Source of the DNA: Akkermansia muciniphila ATCC BAA-835
GTDB lineage: Bacteria; Verrucomicrobiota; Verrucomicrobiia; Verrucomicrobiales; Akkermansiaceae
Direction of reading: 5' to 3'
Length of the DNA: 32,000 nt
NCBI RefSeq assembly: GCF_000020225.1
Contig: NC_010655.1
Coordinates: 2,220,001 to 2,252,000 of the forward strand
Made by a program: the position numbers and the translations under genes. Positions 9,260-19,177 of this stretch are shown one piece after another. Within the stretch, counting starts at the first letter, position 1. Each line of letters opens with the position of its first letter. The notes beneath the pieces are model-generated. The model ran no database searches. It saw nothing but the letters and a program-made list of their open reading frames with translations, and had not been told where the DNA came from.

Positions 9260-9772
9260 ATGAAGAAGAGTATTCTAGCCGTCTGTCTGGGCCTGGCCGG
9301 ATTCTGGAGCGTTCTGGCTGAAGATTCTCCCATTGCGGCCCCGGGAAGGGTAAATGAACAGGGGGATGCGGAACTGCCTTCCGGGGAATTGTTGTCGGAT
9401 CATGTGGCGGAAGCGGAATTTACGGGAATAATTCATCGGAAATGCAGGTTCCTTACTTCCCTGTGCCCGGACAAGTGCGACCATGCCAGGGATTTCGCCG
9501 TTTTCCGGATCGTCAAGTACCTGGATTACCGGAAACCAGGCAAGTACGGCGATGAAAAGCAGGATCAGCTGATGGTTGACGTTAATCCGGCGCACAAGCC
9601 CATCCTGCAGAGTGCGGATATTTTGAAGAAGATATCCGCCCTTAAACCGGGGGACAAGGTGGTTCTTCACTGGGCTCATTATTATATGCACCGGAATTCC
9701 AGTTCTTTCCCGGAACGTCCCGTGATTTCCGTGGAGCCGGCGGCTCTTTCCGGAGGAAAAAAGGGAATGTAA
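9260..9772 (+). CDS. secreted hypothetical protein (170 aa), Cys/His-containing
   Basis: I chose ATG 9260 because it gives the signal-peptide-like MKKSILAVCLGLAGFWSVLAEDS, preceded by GGATAGGA. The ORF is open to 9772, upstream of and co-oriented with the sialidase gene. I recognise no family. Confidence 0.6.
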   Translation: MKKSILAVCLGLAGFWSVLAEDSPIAAPGRVNEQGDAELPSGELLSDHVAEAEFTGIIHRKCRFLTSLCPDKCDHARDFAVFRIVKYLDYRKPGKYGDEKQDQLMVDVNPAHKPILQSADILKKISALKPGDKVVLHWAHYYMHRNSSSFPERPVISVEPAALSGGKKGM

Positions 9773-9918
9773 GGACTGGTCTTTCCTCAGGCCGTTCAAG
9801 CGGGGCTGGACGCAACGGAAAGCCGTGTGTTAGGAAACGGACCGGCAAATAACGCTGCTCCGGGCAAGATTGCCGCGGGGGGCGGCGTATATATCCCGCG
9901 AAACACACCATAAATACG

Positions 9919-11967
9919 ATGCGTTTATCTTTGAATAAATTAATGGGGCTTGGCCTGTTGTGCGCACTGGGCCTGTCTATTCCCTCCGTTCTCGGCAAGG
10001 AAAGCTTTGAGCAGGCCAGGCGTGGCAAATTTACAACGCTTTCCACCAAATACGGCCTTATGTCCTGCCGGAACGGTGTGGCGGAAATCGGAGGAGGGGG
10101 AAAATCCGGAGAAGCCTCCCTGCGGATGTTCGGCGGACAGGATGCTGAATTGAAACTGGACTTGAAGGATACGCCTTCCAGGGAAGTCCGGCTTTCTGCC
10201 TGGGCGGAGCGATGGACCGGGCAGGCCCCTTTTGAATTTTCCATTGTGGCCATAGGGCCGAATGGAGAAAAGAAAATTTATGACGGCAAGGATATCAGGA
10301 CGGGCGGGTTTCATACCAGGATAGAAGCCAGTGTTCCTGCCGGAACGCGTTCCCTGGTGTTCAGGCTTACTTCTCCGGAAAACAAGGGAATGAAGCTGGA
10401 CGACCTGTTTCTTGTTCCCTGTATTCCCATGAAAGTGAATCCGCAGGTGGAGATGGCCTCTTCCGCTTACCCGGTGATGGTGCGTATCCCGTGCAGCCCC
10501 GTTCTTTCTCTGAATGTCCGGACGGACGGCTGCCTTAATCCTCAGTTCCTGACAGCTGTCAATCTGGATTTTACGGGTACGACGAAGCTTTCCGACATTG
10601 AGTCCGTGGCTGTAATACGGGGGGAAGAGGCCCCTATCATCCATCATGGGGAAGAGCCGTTCCCGAAAGACTCTTCCCAGGTTCTTGGTACAGTAAAGCT
10701 TGCCGGTTCCGCCAGACCCCAGATTTCTGTGAAGGGGAAAATGGAGCTGGAGCCCGGAGACAATTACCTGTGGGCTTGCGTGACGATGAAAGAAGGAGCC
10801 TCCCTGGACGGCAGGGTGGTGGTGCGTCCGGCCAGCGTTGTGGCGGGCAATAAACCGGTGAGGGTTGCCAATGCGGCTCCCGTGGCGCAGCGCATCGGCG
10901 TGGCCGTAGTCAGGCATGGGGATTTCAAATCAAAATTCTACCGTATTCCCGGTCTGGCCCGTTCCAGGAAGGGGACCCTGCTGGCCGTGTACGATATCCG
11001 GTACAACCATTCCGGAGACCTTCCGGCCAACATTGATGTGGGCGTAAGCCGCTCTACGGACGGAGGCCGCACCTGGTCTGATGTCAAAATCGCCATTGAT
11101 GATTCCAAGATTGACCCCTCTCTGGGGGCTACCAGGGGCGTAGGGGATCCGGCCATTCTGGTGGATGAAAAGACGGGGCGCATCTGGGTGGCCGCCATAT
11201 GGAGCCACAGGCATTCCATCTGGGGCAGCAAGTCCGGAGACAATTCTCCGGAGGCCTGCGGACAGCTGGTGCTGGCCTACAGCGATGACGATGGCCTGAC
11301 CTGGTCCAGTCCGATCAATATCACGGAACAAACCAAGAACAAGGATTGGCGCATTTTATTTAATGGCCCCGGCAATGGCATTTGCATGAAAGACGGCACG
11401 CTGGTCTTCGCCGCCCAGTACTGGGACGGCAAAGGGGTGCCGTGGTCCACCATTGTTTATTCCAAAGACCGGGGAAAAACCTGGCACTGCGGCACGGGCG
11501 TCAACCAGCAGACGACGGAAGCCCAGGTGATTGAGCTGGAAGACGGCTCCGTCATGATCAACGCCCGATGCAACTGGGGCGGTTCCCGCATCGTGGGCGT
11601 TACGAAAGACCTGGGCCAAACGTGGGAAAAACACCCCACCAACCGCACTGCCCAGCTGAAGGAACCGGTCTGCCAGGGCAGCCTGCTTGCCGTGGACGGC
11701 GTTCCGGGCGCGGGCAGAGTGGTTCTGTTTTCCAATCCCAATACCACATCCGGACGTTCCCACATGACGTTGAAAGCTTCTACGAATGATGCCGGGTCAT
11801 GGCCGGAAGACAAATGGCTTCTTTATGATGCCCGCAAAGGCTGGGGATATTCCTGCCTGGCGCCGGTAGATAAGAACCATGTGGGCGTGCTGTACGAATC
11901 CCAGGGGGCGCTGAACTTCCTGAAAATTCCCTATAAGGATGTTCTTAACGCAAAAAATGCGCGCTGA
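9919..11967 (+). CDS. exo-alpha-sialidase, GH33 (682 aa) with N-terminal accessory domain
   Basis: Has a signal peptide (MRLSLNKLMGLGLLCALGLSIPSVLG) and a FRIP-type motif (FYRIPGL). Asp boxes are SRSTDGGRTW, SDDDGLTW, SKDRGKTW and TKDLGQTW, plus a degenerate STNDAGSW. Confidence 0.95.
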   Translation: MRLSLNKLMGLGLLCALGLSIPSVLGKESFEQARRGKFTTLSTKYGLMSCRNGVAEIGGGGKSGEASLRMFGGQDAELKLDLKDTPSREVRLSAWAERWTGQAPFEFSIVAIGPNGEKKIYDGKDIRTGGFHTRIEASVPAGTRSLVFRLTSPENKGMKLDDLFLVPCIPMKVNPQVEMASSAYPVMVRIPCSPVLSLNVRTDGCLNPQFLTAVNLDFTGTTKLSDIESVAVIRGEEAPIIHHGEEPFPKDSSQVLGTVKLAGSARPQISVKGKMELEPGDNYLWACVTMKEGASLDGRVVVRPASVVAGNKPVRVANAAPVAQRIGVAVVRHGDFKSKFYRIPGLARSRKGTLLAVYDIRYNHSGDLPANIDVGVSRSTDGGRTWSDVKIAIDDSKIDPSLGATRGVGDPAILVDEKTGRIWVAAIWSHRHSIWGSKSGDNSPEACGQLVLAYSDDDGLTWSSPINITEQTKNKDWRILFNGPGNGICMKDGTLVFAAQYWDGKGVPWSTIVYSKDRGKTWHCGTGVNQQTTEAQVIELEDGSVMINARCNWGGSRIVGVTKDLGQTWEKHPTNRTAQLKEPVCQGSLLAVDGVPGAGRVVLFSNPNTTSGRSHMTLKASTNDAGSWPEDKWLLYDARKGWGYSCLAPVDKNHVGVLYESQGALNFLKIPYKDVLNAKNAR

Positions 11968-11993
11968 TTTCGTTTTCCGGTAACATGTTCAAT

Positions 11994-12028
11994 GGGCCGT
12001 TTTCGTTGGAGAACGGCCCGTTTTTTTT
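11994..12028 (+). terminator. Rho-independent terminator after the sialidase gene
   Basis: Stem GGGCCGTT / AACGGCCC with a 10-nt loop, followed by G and eight T. Confidence 0.8.
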
Positions 12029-12175
12029 GTTTCCGGGTGTTTTTGTGAAAGGACTTGGCCGCTGCGCTACGGGTTATTTGCCGCTAAAGACGGGAAACTG
12101 TACCAGGAACCGGCTCCCCACCCTTTGGCGGGAAAGCCGGCGGTGTGTTCTTAACTTGTTTTGAGGACGCCATTG

Positions 12176-12769
12176 TCAGGATAAAAAGGAAGCAAGAGCC
12201 TCCTTCAGCATGTTTCTGGCGCGGAACAGCAGGCTTTTGGTAGCGGGAACCGTCATATCCAGCGCCCGGGCTATTTCCTCATAGGGCATGTTTTCGAAAC
12301 GGCGCAGTTGGACGGCCAGCCGCGCCTTTTCCGGCAGAGCGGCGATTGCCGCGTCCACGGCGTGCTGGAGTTCCGTATGTTCCAGTGCTTCGTCCGGGGT
12401 CTGGGAAGGTTCCAGAAACACGGCCATGCCTCCTTCCTCCTCCATGGCGTCTGCGGAGGTGGTGGGCTTGCGCTTCTGGCGGCGCACTTCATTGAACACC
12501 AGATTGCGCAGGATGGTGAACATCCAGGTGGTAAACCGTGCGGAAGGTTCATAATTCCCGGCTCCCTTCCAGATGCGGATGAATACCTGCTGGGCGATGT
12601 CCTCTGTCTCCGGACCGTTGTTCAGCATACGGGCCACCGTCGCATATACGGAATTCTGGTGTTTGCGGACCAGCATTTCCATGGCGGAAGCGTCGCCATT
12701 CCTGACCCTCAGCATCAGCTTGGCATCTTCGTCTGGTTCCGCAGGCGGCATGTCTTGTGCTTCATCCAT
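12176..12769 (-). CDS. ECF-type RNA polymerase sigma factor (sigma-70 family, 197 aa)
   Basis: The region 2-like segment is SVYATVARMLNNGPETEDIAQQVFIRIWKGAGNYEPSARFTTWMFTILRNLVFNEVRR. The region 4 HTH is LPEKARLAVQLRRFENMPYEEIARALDMTVPATKSLLFRARNML. I trimmed the start to ATG 12769 (MDEAQD...). Confidence 0.85.
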   Translation of the reverse strand: MDEAQDMPPAEPDEDAKLMLRVRNGDASAMEMLVRKHQNSVYATVARMLNNGPETEDIAQQVFIRIWKGAGNYEPSARFTTWMFTILRNLVFNEVRRQKRKPTTSADAMEEEGGMAVFLEPSQTPDEALEHTELQHAVDAAIAALPEKARLAVQLRRFENMPYEEIARALDMTVPATKSLLFRARNMLKEALASFLS

Positions 12770-13063
12770 GAAATTCCCTTTTATAAACCCCGTCTCCGGT
12801 GAAAGGTTGCAGCCGGCAGGGCGCATTCCGGAAAAAGGTCTATCCCATTTTTACACGGCTGACTAGATGAAAACGGGTCTTTCTTTTCTTTCCGCAGGGA
12901 ATGGAAGTAAAATGTTTTACTCTTTCCAAAGCCCGGGAAATATTCGCGCCTTTGCAGGAGAGAACCCGGTGCACGATGGATTCCCTCCATGCCCGCCGAT
13001 TTGACAGGGGCCGGAAGGGGCTTGTCAGGGCAGGGAAGAATGGAAGAAAGGAATATCGGCTAA

Positions 13064-13500
13064 TTAATTTGTTTAAGGAATCATTCCGAATTTCTTTTCT
13101 CGGCTTCTTCCTGGTTCAGTTCCAAATGGGGTATTCCCTCAGAAGTTTATGAAGAAAGCATGAAGGAATGCATGGAGCGGAAAACAGGGATTCCTCAATG
13201 GTACGTTATTGTGGACGGGCAGCGGAATATCATTGCGGGAACCGGAGTAATTGAAAACGATTTTTATGACCGGAAGGACTTAACTCCCAATTTATGTGCT
13301 CTTTTTGTAGAGGAAAGGAAACGCGGCAGGGGAATAGCCGGGGTGGTGCCGGATTTTGTGAGGAAGGATTTGGCCTCTCTCGGATATCCCTGGCTCCCAA
13401 CCACACTCCGCGCGGAAAGAAGAGCAAGGAATGGAGAAAGTTCCCCGGCAAAAGGGAAAGAGGGGAAAATAATGAAAAACCGTCCGGTGTTTCCGTTGGA
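13064..13500 (+). pseudogene. GNAT-family N-acetyltransferase remnant (no start codon for the N-terminal part, frameshift near 13385)
   Basis: One frame, open from 13064, reads ...SSWFSSKWGIPSEVYEESMKECMERKTGIPQWYVIVDGQRNIIAGTGVIENDFYDRKDLTPNLCALFVEERKRGRGIAGVVPDFVRKDLASLGY. This tracks a gut-bacterial GNAT family I recall as WFRHKWGVP..., PQWYVV.DG..., GVIENDFH.RKDLTPNVCAVYVEE...GIAGKLLNFV. After LGY the similarity moves to another frame (SLAPNHT...KEWRKF versus LYLLTDHT...YGWEF). There is no ATG, GTG or TTG in frame before 13160. Confidence 0.5.
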
Positions 13501-13538
13501 AGATGCACGGAGCCGCCTGCCGGGGGAGGACTCTGTTC

Positions 13539-13567
13539 TTGACAGCATTTCCTGTCTGCCTGATAAC
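13539..13567 (+). promoter_or_regulatory. candidate sigma-70-type promoter for the CsoR-family gene
   Basis: TTGACA (13539-13544), a 17-nt spacer, then GATAAC (13562-13567), about 45 nt upstream of the ATG at 13611. This is pattern match only, and promoter rules in this phylum are poorly known. Confidence 0.35.
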
Positions 13568-13610
13568 TTGATAATACGAGTACCCCTCAGCAGCATCAGG
13601 AAACGCCGCC

Positions 13611-13886
13611 ATGAAACAATGCATGAATTCCGAAAATTTGCATCGCCGCCTCAAGAAGATTATCGGACAGGTGCAGGCAATCGACAGGATGATTGACGAA
13701 GACGTTCCCTGTGAAGATGTTCTTGCTCAGCTCAATGCCGCCAAGTCCGCCTTGCATAAGGTGGGGCAGGTCGTACTGGAGGGGCACATCAGCCATTGTG
13801 TCCGGGACGGACTTGAACACGGAGACCCGGAAGAGACGATCGCGCGCTTCACCAAGGCGGTTGAGCGGTTTGCCAACATGATTTGA
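13611..13886 (+). CDS. CsoR/RcnR/FrmR-family metal-sensing transcriptional repressor (91 aa)
   Basis: Typical size and helical pattern (LHRRLKKIIGQVQAIDRMIDEDVPCEDVLAQLNAAKSAL...EGHISHC). The ligand positions read C...H-x3-C, the Cu(I)-type x-C-H-C fingerprint. The gene lies immediately upstream of a P1B ATPase. Confidence 0.85.
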   Translation: MKQCMNSENLHRRLKKIIGQVQAIDRMIDEDVPCEDVLAQLNAAKSALHKVGQVVLEGHISHCVRDGLEHGDPEETIARFTKAVERFANMI

Positions 13887-13945
13887 ATGGGACAAGGGGT
13901 TAATGCCTTTTTCTGGAAGGTTCGGGAGGGGGGCTCATTTTTTTC

Positions 13946-13975
13946 TTGAAAAACCTATACCCCTATAGGTATATA
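13946..13975 (+). promoter_or_regulatory. candidate promoter of the P-type ATPase gene
   Basis: TTGAAA (13946-13951), an 18-nt spacer, then TATATA (13970-13975), about 40 nt upstream of ATG 14017. Confidence 0.45.
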
Positions 13976-13998
13976 AATGCCCGTACCCGTATGGGTAT
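13956..13998. promoter_or_regulatory. two candidate CsoR-type operators (TACC(C)-N-GGGTA-like inverted repeats)
   Basis: Site 1 is TATACC-CCTATA-GGTATA (13956-13973), between the putative -35 and -10. Site 2 is GTACCC-GTAT-GGGTAT (13983-13998), just downstream of the -10. Both resemble the GC-cored TACCC...GGGTA operators known for CsoR-family repressors. Confidence 0.55.
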
Positions 13999-14016
13999 GA
14001 AAAGAAAAATCATCAT

Positions 14017-15894
14017 ATGCTGGACCGATTGGAAAAATTGCTGGAATGGGGAGGGACAAGGCGGAAAGTCGCACTGTTGTCCGTTTCCGGATTAGCTCTG
14101 TTGATGAGCATGCTTGGCATGGAACCTTTGCCCTTTGAAATTTCATGGATAGCCATTGTGCTGTGCGGCGTTCCCATTGTGCTGGAAGCCGTCCTTGGCC
14201 TGGCGACGGCCTGGGATATTAAGGCGGATGTTCTTGTTTCCGTCGCTCTGGTTGCCTCCGTCATCATTGGGGAGGACTTCGCTGCGGCGGAAATTGCATT
14301 TATCATGCAGCTTGGGGAACTCCTTGAGGAGCTGACCGTAGCCCGGGCCCGGAAGGGTATTGAAAGGCTGGTCCGTTTGACCCCGGCGACCGCCCGGAAA
14401 GTGGAAGGAACCAGGGAGGAGGTTATTCCGGCGGAAGAGGTTCGCATCGGGGATATTCTCCGCGTATTGCCCGGAGAGACGATTCCGGCGGACGGCGTTA
14501 TTCTTTCCGGGCACACTTCCGTCAACCAGTCCGTAATGACGGGGGAACCTCTTCCGATAGACAAGGAAACCGGGGATGAGGTTTCCAGCGGGACGGTCAA
14601 CCAGTTCGGAACCTTTGACATGAAGGCGGCCAGGACCGGGAAGGACAGTTCCATCCAGCGCATGGTGCGCCTCGTCCAATCCGCAGATGCGGGGAAGGCT
14701 AAAATAGTGAGGCTGGCAGACCGCTGGGCCACCTGGATCGTTGCCATCGCCCTGGTTTCCGCAGGGGGGGCCTGGATGGCCACGGGCGAACTGATCCGCG
14801 CCGTTACCATTCTGGTGGTATTCTGTCCCTGCGCGCTTGTGCTGGCAACTCCCACGGCGGTCATGGCCGCTATCGGGAACGCCACCAGGCATGGCTTCCT
14901 GGTGCGGGAAGGGGATGCCCTGGAACGCCTGTCCTGCGTGTCCCACCTCACTTTCGACAAGACGGGCACGCTTACCTGCGGTGCTCCGCGCGTGGCGGCC
15001 GTGCGCAGTTTCCTGCCGGAGCTCCCGGAACAGGAACTTTACAGATATGCCGCCTGTGCGGAACTGCGTTCTGAACATCCTCTGGGCAAGGCGATTGTCC
15101 GCTGTTACCGGAAAGATTCAGTGCAGAAACTTCCCCAACCGGAACAATTCCGCATGATTCCCGGCAGGGGAGTACGGGCTGTGGCGCAGGGAAAGGAACT
15201 TCTGGCCGGCAACCTGGAATTGTTCAGGGAAAACGGGGTGGAGCTGTCCGATGAGGCCAGACGTGCGGCGGAACGGTATCAGGAGGAGGGGTGCTCCGTG
15301 ATTTTCATAGGAATGGACCGGCAGGCCGCAGGGTTGATCGCCCTGTCGGATACCTTGCGGGAGAATGCCGTAGCTACCATCCGGGAAGTACGGGATGCCG
15401 GAGTGGTTCCCGTATTGCTGACCGGGGACCATGGGAATGCCGCCGCGCGTGTCGCCGGACAACTGGGGATTGACCTGGTTTGCGCGGAATGCCTGCCGGA
15501 GGACAAATTCAACTGGATTGACGCGTGCCAGAAAGAGCGGAACCGTGTGTGCATGGTTGGGGACGGAATCAATGATGCCCTTGCCTTGAAAACCTCTCAT
15601 GCGGGAATTGCCATGGGCGGCATAGGAAGTGACATTGCCGTGGATGCCGCAGATATTGTCCTGGTCAATGACGATATCCGGGAACTGCCCCATCTGCTCC
15701 GTCTGTCAAGGCGCATGATGGGGACAATCAAATGCAATCTGACATTCTCCATGGCCCTGAACTTCATCGCCATCATCCTGGCGGCGGGCGGCATCCTGAA
15801 TCCCGTGGCTGGCGCGCTGGTTCACAATGCGGGCTCCGTCGTCGTGATCGCCAACTCCGTTTTTCTGCTGAAATGGAGGAGGAAAAACGCGTGA
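14017..15894 (+). CDS. heavy-metal-translocating P1B-type ATPase without an N-terminal HMA domain (625 aa)
   Basis: Motifs present: TGEPLP (actuator), CPC in FCPCALVLATP (TM4), DKTGTLT (phosphorylation site), SEHPLGKA (P1B HP motif) and GDGINDALAL (hinge). There is no CxxC metal-binding domain before the first TM helices. Confidence 0.9.
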   Translation: MLDRLEKLLEWGGTRRKVALLSVSGLALLMSMLGMEPLPFEISWIAIVLCGVPIVLEAVLGLATAWDIKADVLVSVALVASVIIGEDFAAAEIAFIMQLGELLEELTVARARKGIERLVRLTPATARKVEGTREEVIPAEEVRIGDILRVLPGETIPADGVILSGHTSVNQSVMTGEPLPIDKETGDEVSSGTVNQFGTFDMKAARTGKDSSIQRMVRLVQSADAGKAKIVRLADRWATWIVAIALVSAGGAWMATGELIRAVTILVVFCPCALVLATPTAVMAAIGNATRHGFLVREGDALERLSCVSHLTFDKTGTLTCGAPRVAAVRSFLPELPEQELYRYAACAELRSEHPLGKAIVRCYRKDSVQKLPQPEQFRMIPGRGVRAVAQGKELLAGNLELFRENGVELSDEARRAAERYQEEGCSVIFIGMDRQAAGLIALSDTLRENAVATIREVRDAGVVPVLLTGDHGNAAARVAGQLGIDLVCAECLPEDKFNWIDACQKERNRVCMVGDGINDALALKTSHAGIAMGGIGSDIAVDAADIVLVNDDIRELPHLLRLSRRMMGTIKCNLTFSMALNFIAIILAAGGILNPVAGALVHNAGSVVVIANSVFLLKWRRKNA

Positions 15895-16029
15895 ATCCGC
15901 CTGGAGGGTAGAGAAACTTCCCCGTGTTGATTGCCGGGAGGGAACGGAGTCCGTCTTTTTGACGCTCCGGTTTCACCGCGCCGGGCTGGAAAACGCTTGG
16001 ATGAAGAGAAAGTCCGTGTTATTCTTTTT

Positions 16030-18038
<2,009 letters not shown>

Positions 18039-18137
18039 GCGTCTTTTCTCCGGCATTTCGCGGGGCTTGCGGTTCCGAGGGGGCCAGCCCTTAAAAAAGA
18101 ATGACAAGCCCCGGTATCCTGCTATAGTACGGTTAAG

Positions 18138-19082
18138 ATGAGAAATTCATTTTTTCCTGCAATTGGTGTTCTTTCCTTGGCCTCCGCTTTGATTTGTTCC
18201 GCGTCTTCCTCCTGGGAGACTGATTGGAATAAAGCGCTGGAGAAGGCCGGAAAGGGCGGACATCCTGTGCTGGCTGATTTTACCGGTTCCGACTGGTGTC
18301 CCGGATGCATTTACCTGCGCAAAAATATTTTTGACACGGATGCGTTCGCCAAATATGCGGCGGATCATCAATTCGTGCTGCTGGAACTGGATTTCCCCAA
18401 GGCTGCCGGGAAAATGCCGCCGGAACAGTTAAAATTCCATGAAGAGCTGATGCGGCGTTATGGCGTTTCCTCGTTCCCATCCGTTCTGTTGATGGAAGGA
18501 AATGGCGCTCCCTACGCTAAAATAGTGGGTGCCACCAGAACTCCGGAGGAATATCTGAAAAAACTGGAGGCTGCCGGAGAAACGAGGAGGAAGTTGAAAG
18601 AGGCCGTAGCGGCGGCCCAGCCATTGAAAGGAAAGGAAAAACTGGAGCAACTGGTTAAGGCCTTGAACGTGCTTCCGGAAGATTTGCAGCCTTTCCAGAA
18701 GGGGTTGATTGCAGAAATTTCCGCTCTGGACCCGGAGGACAAATACGGTTTTGCAAAGAAGTCTGAAAAAGCCGCAGCCATGGAGAAGCAGCGGCTTGTG
18801 TGGGAACAGTTCTGCCAAAAATATTCGGGGAGGCTCTCCGCAGAAGAAACGCGCGCCGGCCGGGAGGAAGCATTGCAGATGTTGGAAAAAAAGGATACGC
18901 TTCCTCCCATCCGCCTGAAGATCGCCAAATATATCAGTGATGGGTATACCTTGGAACGTAATTTGCCCAAGGCTTTGGAATACCTGGAAATTGCCCGTGA
19001 TGCCGATCCGGAGTCTCAAGCCGCCAAAAAACTGGAACCGTGGATTGACAATATGCGGAAACATATCAATCAGGAGAAGTAA
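18138..19082 (+). CDS. secreted thioredoxin-fold protein with a long helical C-terminal domain (314 aa)
   Basis: Has a signal peptide (MRNSFFPAIGVLSLASALICSASS) and a thioredoxin active-site context (VLADFTGSDWCPGCIYL, then SSFPSVLL). The C-terminal ~170 aa are Lys/Glu-rich and helical. Confidence 0.8.
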   Translation: MRNSFFPAIGVLSLASALICSASSSWETDWNKALEKAGKGGHPVLADFTGSDWCPGCIYLRKNIFDTDAFAKYAADHQFVLLELDFPKAAGKMPPEQLKFHEELMRRYGVSSFPSVLLMEGNGAPYAKIVGATRTPEEYLKKLEAAGETRRKLKEAVAAAQPLKGKEKLEQLVKALNVLPEDLQPFQKGLIAEISALDPEDKYGFAKKSEKAAAMEKQRLVWEQFCQKYSGRLSAEETRAGREEALQMLEKKDTLPPIRLKIAKYISDGYTLERNLPKALEYLEIARDADPESQAAKKLEPWIDNMRKHINQEK

Positions 19083-19092
19083 AAATTGTTCC

Positions 19093-19150
19093 GAAAGGCA
19101 TGGCCGTCTTCCGTCGAAGGGGGAGGGCCATGCCTTTCCGTTTTTTATTT
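19093..19150 (+). terminator. Rho-independent terminator after the thioredoxin-like gene
   Basis: Perfect 13-bp stem GAAAGGCATGGCC / GGCCATGCCTTTC (20-nt loop) followed by CGTTTTTTATTT. Confidence 0.8.
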
Positions 19151-19177
19151 TAAACAAAAAAACAGGGCTGTTGCGCT

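Noticed and set aside
9940-10917. 325-aa minus-strand ORF opposite the sialidase N-terminal domain
   Set aside because: It is a shadow ORF opposite a gene with a signal peptide, a FRIP motif and Asp boxes.
12901-13152. 83-aa plus-strand ORF upstream of the GNAT remnant
   Set aside because: There is no signal or family resemblance. It overlaps the frame that carries the GNAT N-terminal similarity, and it lies in the promoter region of the divergent ECF sigma gene.
13160-13696. 178-aa ORF taken at face value as an intact gene
   Set aside because: Only its first ~76 residues resemble a GNAT, and family similarity also extends upstream of its ATG. The remainder is Arg/Ser/Pro-rich, continues in the wrong frame relative to the family, and overlaps the start of the CsoR-family gene. 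I treat it as part of a pseudogene.
14013-15078. 318-aa and 311-aa minus-strand ORFs opposite the P-type ATPase
   Set aside because: They are shadow ORFs. The plus strand carries DKTGT, CPC, TGE and GDGINDA motifs.
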